From Anthoceros angustus (Eukaryota > Plantae > Anthocerotophyta): a DNA stretch of 64,000 nucleotides. Below are positions 23,908-35,765 of the stretch, in pieces (position 1 is the first letter of the stretch; the number at the start of each line of letters is the position of its first letter). The notes beneath the pieces are model-generated. The model made no database searches. It saw only the letters and a list, made by a program, of their open reading frames with translations, and was not told where the DNA came from. The stretch spans positions 1,798,001-1,862,000 of the forward strand of contig VJWM01000025.1 of the NCBI GenBank assembly GCA_010909165.1, in the 5' to 3' direction. The translations under genes were made by a program, and so were the position numbers.

Positions 23908-26900
23908 TAAGCATCTTGCTGCAACGTGATACAAAGTTGTCGGCATTTTCACCGCTCGTTTCATATAAAGTTATGTTATTACCATACGCCTCTACCAACA
24001 GCTCTCCAACCATAGCATTTATTGGAATTCCCACCTTTTGCATCGACTTGAATGTCTCCTCCAGCTTGTCCACAGCCTCCATCCTGGAATAAGCTATGAA
24101 GCATACACCAACAATGCTTTTGTAGCATACACCAATAATTCTTTTGTAGAATATATCGATCTCATCTCTGCATACTTATAGCTCCATGTGCCCCTTTGAA
24201 GCATACAACTAATATTACTTACAATTAAAGGAGTGTTAGAACTCTATCATCTCACTCTTGTAAGAATTTTACTACATTTTTAAAAACTTACGACTAATAT
24301 CGCTCTTTGTTGCAGGACAGGTAGTGAGGATTTTATATAATTAGTATAAATTATGAATTAAAAGCGTAAGCTTTTGGGACCGACAATTATCTGAGGTAAA
24401 ATCCGTGATGTGCCTTGAACGCGTTCAGGAAAAGAAGCCTGGATAATGCGTAGGAATTGAGGAAGCGCGTGTAAGGGGAAGGAAGCCCAGGTTTGGAGCA
24501 ACGCGATGAAGAATTTGGGAGGCCAGAAATGAGTCGCGAGCACTCCTCCACTCCTCACCACGACGTGAGAGTCAACAGTTGGCAATTATGTATTGCTCGA
24601 CGGACGGGTAGGTGAAGTATGAGTAGAAACTGAGGAATTGACCTCATCTCCAGTGTGAGAAGACAATGGACAATGCTTACAATTAATCAAAATATCTGCA
24701 CCTACCAAGATGGGGATGAAGGATAGCACTCAGAAGCTTCCTTCTTCACGCTCGTCGACAGCTGTGGTAGGGACTAGGTAGAAAGGCTCCAACCTTCAAA
24801 GTGTGGTAGGGACGAGCTGCTTACACGCACACCCACGACACGTGGTAGGCCACAGAGCAAGGCTGGTGGGAGACACCTTCTGCGATGGACGAAGATGAGT
24901 TGAAAGATCGCAAGAGGCCCGCAAAGCGCGAGCAAAGAGGCAGGAGGCGCCGCCACCCAGAGCGAGCCATGGCACGCACAATGGGAAGGTGCTACCAACT
25001 AGACTACATTGAGTCGTGTTAACAGCCAGTTGAAGAAGAAAACGCTAAAGTCTCCGTATTAATTATATTCGCGTGAGCCAGCCATAGTGCTTCCCGGCCT
25101 GGCCGCGGCTTCCTTTCTTCCTCTCTATTTTCAGCTAAGATTACCATTACCGGCTTGCGTACTGCTCGTCTTGCGTTTTGCGTCGCCGTGGCGGATTGCG
25201 GCATCCACAAATTGCATCTCTGGCCTCCATTTGGTTCTTGCAAGATCTCGGCAGCAGACTTCTGATCAGGTTAGTTGCACTTGGAACGCTCAGACAGTAG
25301 GCACAGGGTCGTCAAAGCATCCAACATCCGGTGCTGTTGTCTGCAGGAATGTTTCTATGGTGATTAGACTCAAGGGAATTCCTTGAACAGTCTGAGCAAA
25401 ACCTGCTGTCTCATTCTCTTCAGCGGGATCAACCGCAATTGCCAACTCCCAAATGATCACGTGCAGAAGAGGTATACAAACGACGGCCTCTCTGTATGCA
25501 CCTCTCCACAGCTTCAGCAGGCATTGAAGATTCGGGAGTCAACACTGTGAGGAGGCGAGTAGGATTGAGAGTCTGACAAGCTGATTTGTGTGCCAGAAGC
25601 TGTAATGGCCATTATTAGTATGCCGTGCTCACTTCTTGTCGCCTTTCTTCTTGTCATCACCTTGCTTCTTCTCGGGAGGAGGGGCTTGGGCCAGAACTCC
25701 GTAGTCTTTTGGATGCCTTGCGTACAATCTTGAGAACGTCGTCAGGCTTCAGACTCTCTCCGCTCACAATCACCTTCCTCAGCTGCCTGTCCACTGTGTA
25801 AGATTTGAATGCTGCCAATTCTAGAATGCCTGTCACCCACACGCAAGGCTGGTGGGAGACACCTTCTGCGATGGACGAAGATGAGTTGAAAGATCGCAAG
25901 AGGCCCGCAAAGCGCGAGCAAAGAGGCAGGAGGCGCCGCCACCCAGAGCGAGCCATGGCACGCACAATGGGAAGGTGCTACCAACTAGACTACATTGAGT
26001 CGTGTTAACAGCCAGTTGAAGAAGAAAACGCTAAAGTCTCCGTATTAATTATATTCGCGTGAGCCAGCCATAGTGCTTCCCGGCCTGGCCGCGGCTTCCT
26101 TTCTTCCTCTCTATTTTCAGCTAAGATTACCATTACCGGCTTGCGTACTGCTCGTCTTGCGTTTTGCGTCGCCGTGGCGGATTGCGGCATCCACAAATTG
26201 CATCTCTGGCCTCCATTTGGTTCTTGCAAGATCTCGGCAGCAGACTTCTGATCAGGTTAGTTGCACTTGGAACGCTCAGACAGTAGGCACAGGGTCGTCA
26301 AAGCATCCAGGATGTCGAGGATCCTTTCTTCGCAGCTTGTCTACACCGGGAGTTCGTGCTTGCGGCAAGGACCTGACCTAAGCTCGGATCTGCCCGGTTT
26401 GAGCGGATTCCGCAGCCAGGGGGCCTCAAGGCTGCCAGATTGCCGATGACATAAATAGGAATCGGTAGCTGCTCTCCTCACCGGAATGATCAAAGAGCGC
26501 GTTTCTCACTCTCTTCTCGCAGGCTTCGCAGCACATGAGGCACTTGAGCTCCACCGTCTGCAAAGCATCGAACAAAGGAAACCATGGCCAGTCCGACTGG
26601 CCAAGCAACTCAAGGGCCTTGTCATTGAGAATTTTCTCGATGGCACCTGTTGTCTTTGCCCCTTCCAGCATCAACACCAGATTGGAGACAGCTCCTATGT
26701 GCTTCGACCGTTGAAAAGCTTGGTTCTTTCTAGCGCGGGGACTGGCACCGAAGTTCCAGACCTAGGCACAACTGGCTGAGATCGAAGAAGCTCCAGAACC
26801 TTGTCAATTTTAAGAGAGCCTTCTCCCCTTCAACCCCGGAGTCTGAATCCGCATCCCTGCAGTGGAGAATCTCGCACAATGAGAATTCGGAACCCATCCA

Positions 26901-27788
26901 GCAAATGTGCCAAAGCAGAAGAGGACAAGATGCCAGGGTTTAGGGTTTAACAGCACAAAGGAAGATGGACATGACCCTGTTCTGAGCGAAGTACAGTGAA
27001 TCTCGCGGATGCTGCCAGTACAACAGCGAATTCGCTCAATCAAGGTGGCCTTGCCGGAGTCGAGGTACTCCAAAATGCCAATGCTGCCAATTCTAGAATG
27101 CCTGTCACCCACACGCAAGGCTGGTGGGAGACACCTTCTGCGATGGACGAAGATGAGTTGAAAGATCGCAAGAGGCCCGCAAAGCGCGAGCAAAGAGGCA
27201 GGAGGCGCCGCCACCCAGAGCGAGCCATGGCACGCACAATGGGAAGGTGCTACCAACTAGACTACATTGAGTCGTGTTAACAGCCAGTTGAAGAAGAAAA
27301 CGCTAAAGTCTCCGTATTAATTATATTCGCGTGAGCCAGCCATAGTGCTTCCCGGCCTGGCCGCGGCTTCCTTTCTTCCTCTCTATTTTCAGCTAAGATT
27401 ACCATTACCGGCTTGCGTACTGCTCGTCTTGCGTTTTGCGTCGCCGTGGCGGATTGCGGCATCCACAAATTGCATCTCTGGCCTGAACCGGAGCCCGAGC
27501 CAGAGTGCGCCGGAGGATCAATCCAGCGGGCGGCATGGACATTCTCATACGATCCATGGAAGAACTGCGCACATCGCGTCAGCGGGATCAACCGCAATTG
27601 CCAACTCCAAATGATCACGTGCAGAAGAGGTATACAAACGACGGCCTCTCTGTATGCACTCTCCACAGCTTCAGCAGGCATTGAAGATTCGGGAGTCAGG
27701 CGGCGGTAGCTGCTGTTAGAAGAATTACAAGAGATTTGAGCTGATTTGTGTGCCAGAAGCTGTAATGGCCATTATTAGTATGCCGTGC

Positions 27789-29064
27789 TCACTTCTTGTC
27801 GCCTTTCTTCTTGTCATCACCTTGCTTCTTCTCGGGAGGAGGGGCTTGGGCCAGAACTCCGTAGTCTTTTGGATGCCTTGCGTACAATCTTGAGAACGTC
27901 GTCAGGCTTCAGACTCTCTCCGCTCACAATCACCTTCCTCAGCTGCCTGTCCACTGTGTAAGATTTGAATGCTGCCACATCATTTTTAGCACACGCAAAG
28001 CAAGAGTCAGCGATCTTGCAAAATTTCCGCAGCGGATCCCGCTGCTGGCTGCTGGATGCACCTTGAGGTTGAGGAGAAGGCTTGCACTTCCTGGCAGAAG
28101 TCGGCACCGACGCTGCGCATTTCTGAAGGAGGCCTGGCAACCAGTCCTTGGAATCGAAGCGAAGGCGGATTCAGATCACCGCAGCTTGGCGGAAGCCCCT
28201 CCACCGAAATCTGGAGCCAGATTGCACGATTTTTGCCTCGGCTTGCCCTACGGCGGTGTGCTGGTTGCCACCGGTGTGGCCGGATTAGCAACGGCGGCCA
28301 GCAGATCTGGCCTTGGAGTTTTGGTTTTGGCAGGTGCGCTGATCCTCGGCTTAAGTGCCACAAGCCTGCAGGTGTGGAAGAAGGGAGAGCCCTCGTTTCT
28401 TCAGATCGGGAGTCAGGCGGCGGTAGCTGCTCTCCTCACCGGAATGATCAAAGAGCGCGTTTCTCACTCTCTTCTCGCAGGCTTCGCAGCACATGAGGCA
28501 CTTGAGCTCCACCGTCTGCAAAGGAGATGGCCTCGGTTAGCTGTCATCACAAATTTTTGTTGGAACCAGCTTAACAGTCGAAATCCTCAGGAAAGATTTC
28601 AGGCGATTGCGTTACCACAGTCTTCGACTTGTTTCCTTCCTTTTCTTATCATCAGCTGAGCTCTGGCTCTGGCCTGAACCGGAGCCCGAGCCAGAGTGCG
28701 CCGGAGGATCAATCCAGCGGGCGGCATGGACATTCTCATACGATCCATGGAAGAACTGCGCACATCGCGTCAGACGTCAGAAATTCAATCACTCCAAATG
28801 CTGCACGAAAGCTCCAAGGCAGGCCAGGGCACGGCAACTTCAGCTAGTGTAATTGCAAATCCAGCGTCCAGACTGACAAACGTAATTGCACAGCAAAGCG
28901 ATCCGAAATGACAGCACAAAACGGGAACCAGGACTTGCAAGGAGAAGATTTGGAAGGCTCAGCAGCGAAATTGCCGCCAGGGCAGTCAAGGTGCAGAAAT
29001 CAGGAAGCGCGATGGCCAGCTGGGTGGAAGAAAGTACCTGATAGATGGCCGCGGAGTTGCTCAT
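27789..29064 (-). pseudogene. Second copy of the HMA gene, with a FAX1 fragment (28034-28420) replacing part of the last intron
   Basis: Near-identical to 17915-19313; junction words TTCCGCAGC and CGGTAGCTGCT. Confidence 0.8.
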
Positions 29065-29286
29065 GGTTCCTGCTTGCGGTGTGAAGCGGATGCGGCACAG
29101 CAGGCTTCGGAGACGTTGCGCAAGCGGATGGAGGAGACGCTCAGGTCGCGATCGCAAGCGCGGGAGGAAGCGGGGGCGTGGCGGGGGCGTGGCGGGGGCG
29201 TGGCGGGGAAGGAGGAAGTCGAGCGAGGTTCGAGTCGAGTCGAGTCGGGTCGCCTCACAAGTCGACTCCGAGGCGTGGGCGTTCGG

Positions 29287-29292
29287 TTATAA
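29287..29292 (-). promoter_or_regulatory. Candidate TATA box of the HMA gene
   Basis: CTTATAA on the minus strand ~225 nt upstream of the ATG, ahead of a pyrimidine-rich leader with (CGACT)n and CCACGCCCCCG repeats. Confidence 0.45.
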
Positions 29293-29551
29293 GCGCCAGG
29301 GCGTCTTTGCTCTACCGTGAAGGCAGGGCCAGCCGCATTACCAGGCAACTCCCAGGAGAGCGTGAGGCGACCCACCACGCGCATGTTACGACTTCATTAC
29401 CATAGGTAATGAGTTTAATTAGTCCGAGAGTAAACTCCAGCTGACGCGAACGGATCGGAAGCCTATCGTCTGCTGACGTTCTCACACGTTTATTTTGAAT
29501 ACAGTAATCCGATTACATGTCTAGCAAAATTTGGGATCTGAACTTGGTGCA

Positions 29552-31530
29552 TCAGCTGGTGCTTCTAATAGGTCTCTGCCATCCTCCAAATATTTCCTCA
29601 TCACTGTAAGCTCGGACGACTTGCAAGTCTAAGTCTGAGGAAGGATCGAATCCTGCTTGTGTCATCCTCTGCCGAGTCCTTTCCATTCCACGTCCATCCT
29701 TCACTCTCTCGAAGGCGTCATACATTATCTGGAAGGTTTTAGGGTGGAGCTCAACACCTGAGGCTTTCATCTGCTCGAAGGCATCCTCCATCTTGCTGAG
29801 CAGGCCACCCCTGCCAAACTCGAAGATCAATGTATTGAAGGTTGTGCTGGTCATGACCCACCCACTTATCTTCACTCTGTCTACTGCCTTTTGCAGCCTG
29901 TCATAGGAACGATCATTCGAGAACGCCGTGATAACGGCGTCGAGAGTTTTGGCCGAGGCGAAGAACTTTCTTGCTAAAAGCATTTTGTCAAGTGATCTTT
30001 CCATGTCATCCAAACGGCCCCCTGCTGCATAAGCCTCTATCTGTAGACTGTACACTCGGGGACCGTACTCCACATTTGGAGTGTCATCCATAATCCTAAT
30101 TATTCCTTCCATCTTTGCATAGTCCCCTTTCTTACCATACGCCTCTACCAACAGCTCTCCAACCATAGCATTTATTGGAATTCCCACCTTTTGCATCGAC
30201 TTGAATGTCTCCTCCAGCTTGTCCACAGCCTCCATCCTGGAATAAGCTATGAAGAGGGCATTGAACGTGATGACATCAGGTCTGAATTCACCGTCAACCA
30301 ATTCTTGGTACACAGCTTCCATCTTGGCATACTGCCCAGCCCTCATGAAACCCCATATTAGAGCATTGTAGGTATGTCTGTCTGGACTGAAACCTGCAGC
30401 CTTACATGCCTGAAATACTTTATCCATTTCATCTACAACGCTAACTCTACTGTACATGGAGATGAGAGTGTTGTATGTGATGAGCGTCGGTTGAGTATTC
30501 TCTGTTCCCGTCATCTCCTTGAACAAAGCAACAGCCTTTTCCGGCTGATTATTTCTCCCGTAAGCAAATATAAGAGAATTGTAAGTGGCAGCTGTGTACG
30601 GGATCTCATGCTTCTTCAGTTCTTCAACAGCTGTTCAGCAATGTCCAGCTGGTTCAATTTTCCAACACAGGAAATCATCTTGGAATACTCCTTGGCATCA
30701 GGTTTCCTATTCAGCTGACTCCTCCTCCAGTTGAATACCTGCGCAGAGAAGTGACATGGTGAGACAGACGTTCCTAATGGCAGACACAAAACGATGAATA
30801 CAAGGCAGCCTTCGAAGTACCTCCATCACCAAATGTGGTTTCGGACCCTTCTGCAAAGCATCGAACAAAGGAAACCATGGCCAGTCCGACTGGCCAAGCA
30901 ACTCAAGGGCCTTGTCATTGAGAATTTTCTCGATGGCACCTGTTGTCTTTGCCCCTTCCAGCATCAACACCAGATTGGAGACAGCTCCTATGTGCTTCGA
31001 CCGTTGAAAAGCTTGGTTCTTTCTAGCGCGGGGGACTGGCACCGAAGTTCCAGACCTAGGCACAACTGGCTGAGATCGAAGAAGCTCCAGAACCTTGTCA
31101 ATTTTAAGAGAGCCTTCTCCCCCTTCAACCCCGGAGTCTGAATCCGCATCCCTGCAGTGGAGAATCTCGCACAATGAGAATTCGGAACCCATCCAGCAAA
31201 TGTGCCAAAGCAGAAGAGGACAAGATGCCAGGGTTTAGGGTTTAACAGCACAAAGGAAGATGGACATGACCCTGTTCTGAGCGAAGTACAGTGAATCTCG
31301 CGGATGCTGCCAGTACAACAGCGAATTCGCTCAATCAAGGTGGCCTTGCCGGAGTCGAGGTACTCCAAAATGCCAATGCTGCCAATTCTAGAATGCCTGT
31401 CACTCCACACGCAAGGCTGGTGGGAGACACCTTCTGCGATGGACGAAGATGAGTTGAAAGATCGCAAGAGGCCCGCAAAGCGCGAGCAAAGAGGCAGGAG
31501 GCGGCCAAGCCGCCACCCAGAGCGAGCCAT
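29552..31530 (-). CDS. P-class pentatricopeptide repeat protein (At2g30780-like), probably mitochondrial; intron ~30739-30820, probable intron 31152-31270, 1-nt apparent frameshift at ~30627
   Basis: Tandem 35-aa PPR motifs (TYNSLIFAYGRN, TYNTLISMYSR, TYNALIWGFMRAG, TFNALFIAYSR, TFNTLIFEFGRGG); PHLVME|VFNWRR junction; the copy at ~23112 restores the frame. Alternative start at 31192. Confidence 0.9.
31290..31530 (-). other. Degenerate N-terminus of mitochondrial elongation factor G (presequence plus G1 P-loop region)
   Basis: MARSGWRLGRLLPLCSRFAGLLRSFNSSSS...RIGSIGILEYLDSGKATLIERIRCCTGSIREIH compared with plant mitochondrial EF-G [33 protein letters not shown]. Confidence 0.8.
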
Positions 31531-31885
31531 GGCACGCACAATGGGAAGGTGCTACCAACTAGACTACATTGAGTCGTGTTAACAGCCAGTTGAAGAAGAA
31601 AACGCTAAAGTCTCCGTATTAATTATATTCGCGTGAGCCAGCCATAGTGCTTCCCGGCCTGGCCGCGGCTTCCTTTCTTCCTCTCTATTTTCAGCTAAGA
31701 TTACCATTACCGGCTTGCGTACTGCTCGTCTTGCGTTTTGCGTCGCCGTGGCGGATTGCGGCATCCACAAATTGCATCTCTGGCCTCCATTTGGTTCTTG
31801 CAAGATCTCGGCAGCAGACTTCTGATCAGGTTAGTTGCACTTGGAACGCTCAGACAGTAGGCACAGGGTCGTCAAAGCATCCAGG

Positions 31886-32557
31886 ATGTCGAGGATCCTT
31901 TCTTCGCAGCTTGTCTACACCGGGAGTTCGTGCTTGCGGCAAGGACCTGACCTAAGCTCGGATCTGCCCGGTTTGGAGCGGATTCCGCAGCGGATCCCGC
32001 TGCTGGCTGCTGGATGCACCTTGAGGTTGAGGAGAAGGCTTGCACTTCCTGGCAGAAGTCGGCACCGACGCTGCGCATTTCTGAAGGAGGCCTGGCAACC
32101 AGTCCTTGGAATCGAAGCGAAGGCGGATTCAGATCACCGCAGCTTGGCGGAAGCCCCTCCTCCACCGAAATCTGGAGCCAGATTGCACGATTTTTGCCTC
32201 GGCTTGCCCTACGGCGGTGTGCTGGTTGCCACCGGTGTGGCCGGATTGGCAACGGCGGCCAGCAGATCTGGCCTTGGAGTTTTGGTTTTGGCAGGTGCGC
32301 TGATCCTCGGCTTAAGTGCCACAAGCCTGCAGGTGTGGAAGAAGGGAGAGCCCTCGTTTCTTCAGATCGGGAGTCAGGCGGCGGTAGCTGCTGCTATCTT
32401 GGTGAGGGAAGGGTACAACTATTCCCTGAGCAAAACCGTAGCCATTTTTCCAGCTGCTTTTGTGTGTGCAATCAGTGCCGCCATGCTTCTGTTTTACACT
32501 TATGTGCTCCTTGCTGGCGGAAATCCACCGAAGAAAGCCAAAGCCAGAGCGGCTTGA
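31886..32557 (+). CDS. FAX1: FATTY ACID EXPORT 1-like plastid envelope protein (Tmemb_14 family), intronless
   Basis: HDFCLGLPYGG, four hydrophobic helices, SLQVWKKG, LFYTYVLLAGGNPPKK; Ser/Arg-rich N-terminal transit-like segment. Confidence 0.9.
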   Translation: MSRILSSQLVYTGSSCLRQGPDLSSDLPGLERIPQRIPLLAAGCTLRLRRRLALPGRSRHRRCAFLKEAWQPVLGIEAKADSDHRSLAEAPPPPKSGARLHDFCLGLPYGGVLVATGVAGLATAASRSGLGVLVLAGALILGLSATSLQVWKKGEPSFLQIGSQAAVAAAILVREGYNYSLSKTVAIFPAAFVCAISAAMLLFYTYVLLAGGNPPKKAKARAA

Positions 32558-32938
32558 ATGTATCTGCAGGCAGTTCTTGGCCAATGGAAAGTAAATACTC
32601 TATTTCCTCAACTCTATACAGGTAGGTACGTACCTACCACCTAGGTACCGTACCTTGTACCTACATACCTACCTATACGCACATCTGGGTTCACCCATCT
32701 CCTCTTTCCTTCGTAGGAACTGATATTTCCTATACGCACATATTCTTTTGTTAATTTGGGTTGAAAATTTCTGCTCTTAGCAACATCAGTTAGGCTTATA
32801 TCACTGGGTAACTATCGCTTATTTACTTACCGTTTACTTGACCTAATGCTGCTTCGCATTCAGAAGCCGTCGTTCCCCTTGGTTCAGCTTTCTAACGAAG
32901 TCCTTGGTGAGCTTTGCAAAACCCTGAGGAGGAGGGAG

Positions 32939-35510
32939 ATGGGTGAGCAGCAGAAAGCGAAGTATTTGACTGGTTTCACGCAAGCAGATGCAGAATTTTT
33001 AGTACAGATTGTGAAGCTGGCACAGCACCGCAAGATTGTGGGTGCGCACGGTGATTGGAAAGAATTTTTGCGCCGGGTCGTGGACAAGGGGAAGTCCAAT
33101 GGTGATGATCCAGCTAGGCGTGACTGGAAGGTTCTGCAACGTTTTGTGCGCTCTTTCGTCCAGGAGGAGGACATTGAGGTTGATGAATGTCGCAAGTCGC
33201 CAGTCCTGTAGTTTTCTCTCCACCGCAGGAGATGAACCGTGAGGGCCTGTGCAGGTAGTGAAGAGAATCAGGAAATGGCGTGACCGGAACCATGTACGCA
33301 GGAAAGTGAACTGGGCGGCGTCACCAGAACAGGTGGGTGCTTATATTTTCCATGGTTTTGGGAGTGACGCAAGGGCAGTGCCTGATTCTCAGGCTTGTCT
33401 GCTGTTCAGAAACTGGTGGAATTGACCCAGGAGCATCCCTGTTACCTGAAGTCGTTTTCTTTCCCTTCATACTCGGAGGTACAGTCTGGCTGGTGTTTAG
33501 CTGCTGTTAGAAGAATTACAAGAGATTTGAGCTGATTTTGGAGTATCGAACTGGCAGGAATGGGTTTACATCAAGGAGGGCAGTCCGTCGGATGCCAGTG
33601 TGCCGGAGAGGCTCATCTCTCTGGACTGCGAGATGGGTGTTGGGGTTGACAATCGTCAGCATCTTTTGAAGATGTGTGTGGTGGATAGGGACTGCAACGT
33701 ATGGTTATTTGTCTCCGCCCCACACACATGTCCAGTGGTGTTTTTTATTTGGCCTGAGCTGTTGAGGCCATAAAGTGTCAGATTCTGTGCTGCTGTGTAG
33801 GTCTTGTTGGACACGCTGGTAAAGCCAGATGTGGGAATAAAGGACTATCTGACATCCATAACTGGATTGACAGCAGCTGCTTTAGAAGAATGCACGTTCT
33901 CTCGGGTTGATGCTCAGGTATTTCCTTGGACCCGTGCACTTCACCTCAGTAAGCTCTGTTAGGGTGGTTATAATGACTCGTATGTTGGGAATTGGCAGAG
34001 ACGGTTGCAAGAGCTGCTTCAGCCAGGCGTAATCCTTGTTGGACACAGTGTGAATCATGACTTAGAAGGTGAGCGCCTTTAGTGGGAGCTGACTATGTTG
34101 GTTGTATGTGTTTCAAACATGGTTGGCTGTTTGAAGCGTCCTCTAACATTGTCCCCTGATTGGCAGTCCTGCGAGTGGAGTATAGGAGGATCATTGATAC
34201 ATCATTGATATTCAACAGCAGCAATCCCCGTAGAATAGGGCTGAATGATTTATGCAAGGTTCGATCTGATGTTAGACCTCAGTAAGGTTCTCATCGTCTT
34301 GAAGATTCTTACAATTGCAACTTGTACCCCCATGGTATCCAGTTGCTTTGAACTCTTAACACTTGCTTGGGTGTGTTCTCGAATTGCAGGCTGTATTAGG
34401 CTATTCTTTCAGGGAGAAGGGAAAAGCACATGACTGCCTTCTCGATGCTATTATCCCTATGCGGCTTGTTCTCCACGCAGTTGAGCATGGTCTGAGCGAG
34501 CTGGAGCTTCCGCAAGAATCTGTACGTCTCCATTGGATAGATCTGTTGCTGATATTTTTTGGTTTTTTTCATGCTTAAAGTGCCAACCTCTCCGGTTCGC
34601 TTTTTTCAAGGTTGTAGATATCATGGCACCAAGTCTGCTGCTTCACAAGTTACCAGCTGCTGCGACTCCCAGTATTCTTCGACGACTTTTTCCGAGAGAC
34701 ATTCCCTGTGCTGTGGAAGTACGTTTCGTTGGACCCGTCCCTTAAGTTTGCTTTGTGTTATGCTAGGCATGTGGCCCTGGGTTGCTGGTCCCCTGAAACG
34801 TGGAACTTCCTGTGCAGATGATTGAGGGAAGATCCAAAAGTCGAAAGGCACTAGCCAAGTTCGAAAGTCCGGAGCATGCTAATCAAGTTTTTGAGCAACT
34901 TGTTGGTGAACTTGGAGAGGTGAATGCAGTTCTTTACCACACGGCTGTGACACTTCATCTTGTGCTTTCTTTCCATCGGCTCACACATCTGGTCTGCCAG
35001 GATTCAAGTGGGCTTCCTCAGAAAACGGTTGATTTGTGGGGCAAAGGCCTTTTCAAGCACGGGGCAATTCTAGTACGCAAGGGTCGTGTTCAAAAAGTCG
35101 AGGCTGCTCAGGATGTGGACATGGCACCATCACAGGCAACAATTACAGAGGCTCGCCAAGACTCTGCGACGGAGATTCTCAGACGAGTTGCAAGTGGTGC
35201 CACACCTGCAGTGGGAGCTGAGAGCAGAAAGCGGCCCCTTCAGGCTGTAACACAAGATGCGGACGGTGGTGAGAAAGGCGAGGCTGCCCAGTATGTGGGC
35301 ATTGTGCCAACTCAGACAACGGGTTCTGGGACGGAGACAGTCAGTCCAGTTCCAAATGGTCCGATGCCGGCACATGGATCTGAGAACAGAAAGCGGCCGC
35401 TTCACGCTGTATCACAAGATACGGACGGTGGTCAAGCAGGTTTAAAAAAGGTGTCAAAGCGCAGAAAGAAACGTAAGGTTATAAAGGATAGATCCAGAGC
35501 TTTCATCTAA
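32939..35510 (+). CDS. SDN: Small RNA degrading nuclease (DEDDh 3'-5' exonuclease plus RRM-like domain), ~11 exons
   Basis: LVQIVKLAQHR..GDWKEFL..DPARR N-terminus; LISLDCEM, ILVGHSVNHDLE, IIDTSLIF, LNDLCK|AVLG, AHDCLLDA; LLLHKLP, ALAKFESPEHANQVF, DSSGLPQK; basic NLS-like C-terminus; GT-AG introns. Confidence 0.92.
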
Positions 35511-35765
35511 GCCTGCCCTCCATTCAATCTTTCGAAAGCCCAAAACGATGATATTCGTACAGCCTGGTGGGTGGACAAAGGGCGGGATTTGAGGGTTCGA
35601 GGGCCCCATCAAACCTTTGTCCATTGGAGCGCAGAAGGTTCTTGTTTCCAATGACCCCGATGTCCTGCACATACTTTCCAAGATGGAGAGGTATTTTCTT
35701 CAATACCTGCAAGAGGTAACAAGAAGACTGGGATTATATGTAATTGGTACAGAATCCCAAATCAC

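Larger units (their letters stand above)
14166..29500. other. Same-strand mosaic of near-identical copies of pieces from 9.6-33.5 kb; probable misassembly
   Basis: About 20 junctions at 9-11 bp shared words; copies differ almost only by small indels. Confidence 0.9.

Noticed and set aside
20981-27260. A PPR/HMA/FAX gene family expansion
   Set aside because: Copies are near-identical, partial and differ only by indel noise; consistent with single-copy genes
28063-28659. FAX1 ORF with a novel C-terminus, and similar fusion ORFs at 16623-17087, 23594-24082, 26426-26677 and 27277-27681
   Set aside because: Created by mosaic junctions, partly reading antisense or intronic sequence; not credible without read support
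14166-29500. Whole-genome-amplification chimeras as the cause of the mosaic
   Set aside because: Such chimeras are mostly inversions, whereas every piece here is in direct orientation
31221-31245. GGGTTTAGGGTTT as a telomeric array
   Set aside because: Only two units; an ordinary telo-box in the putative first intron of the PPR gene
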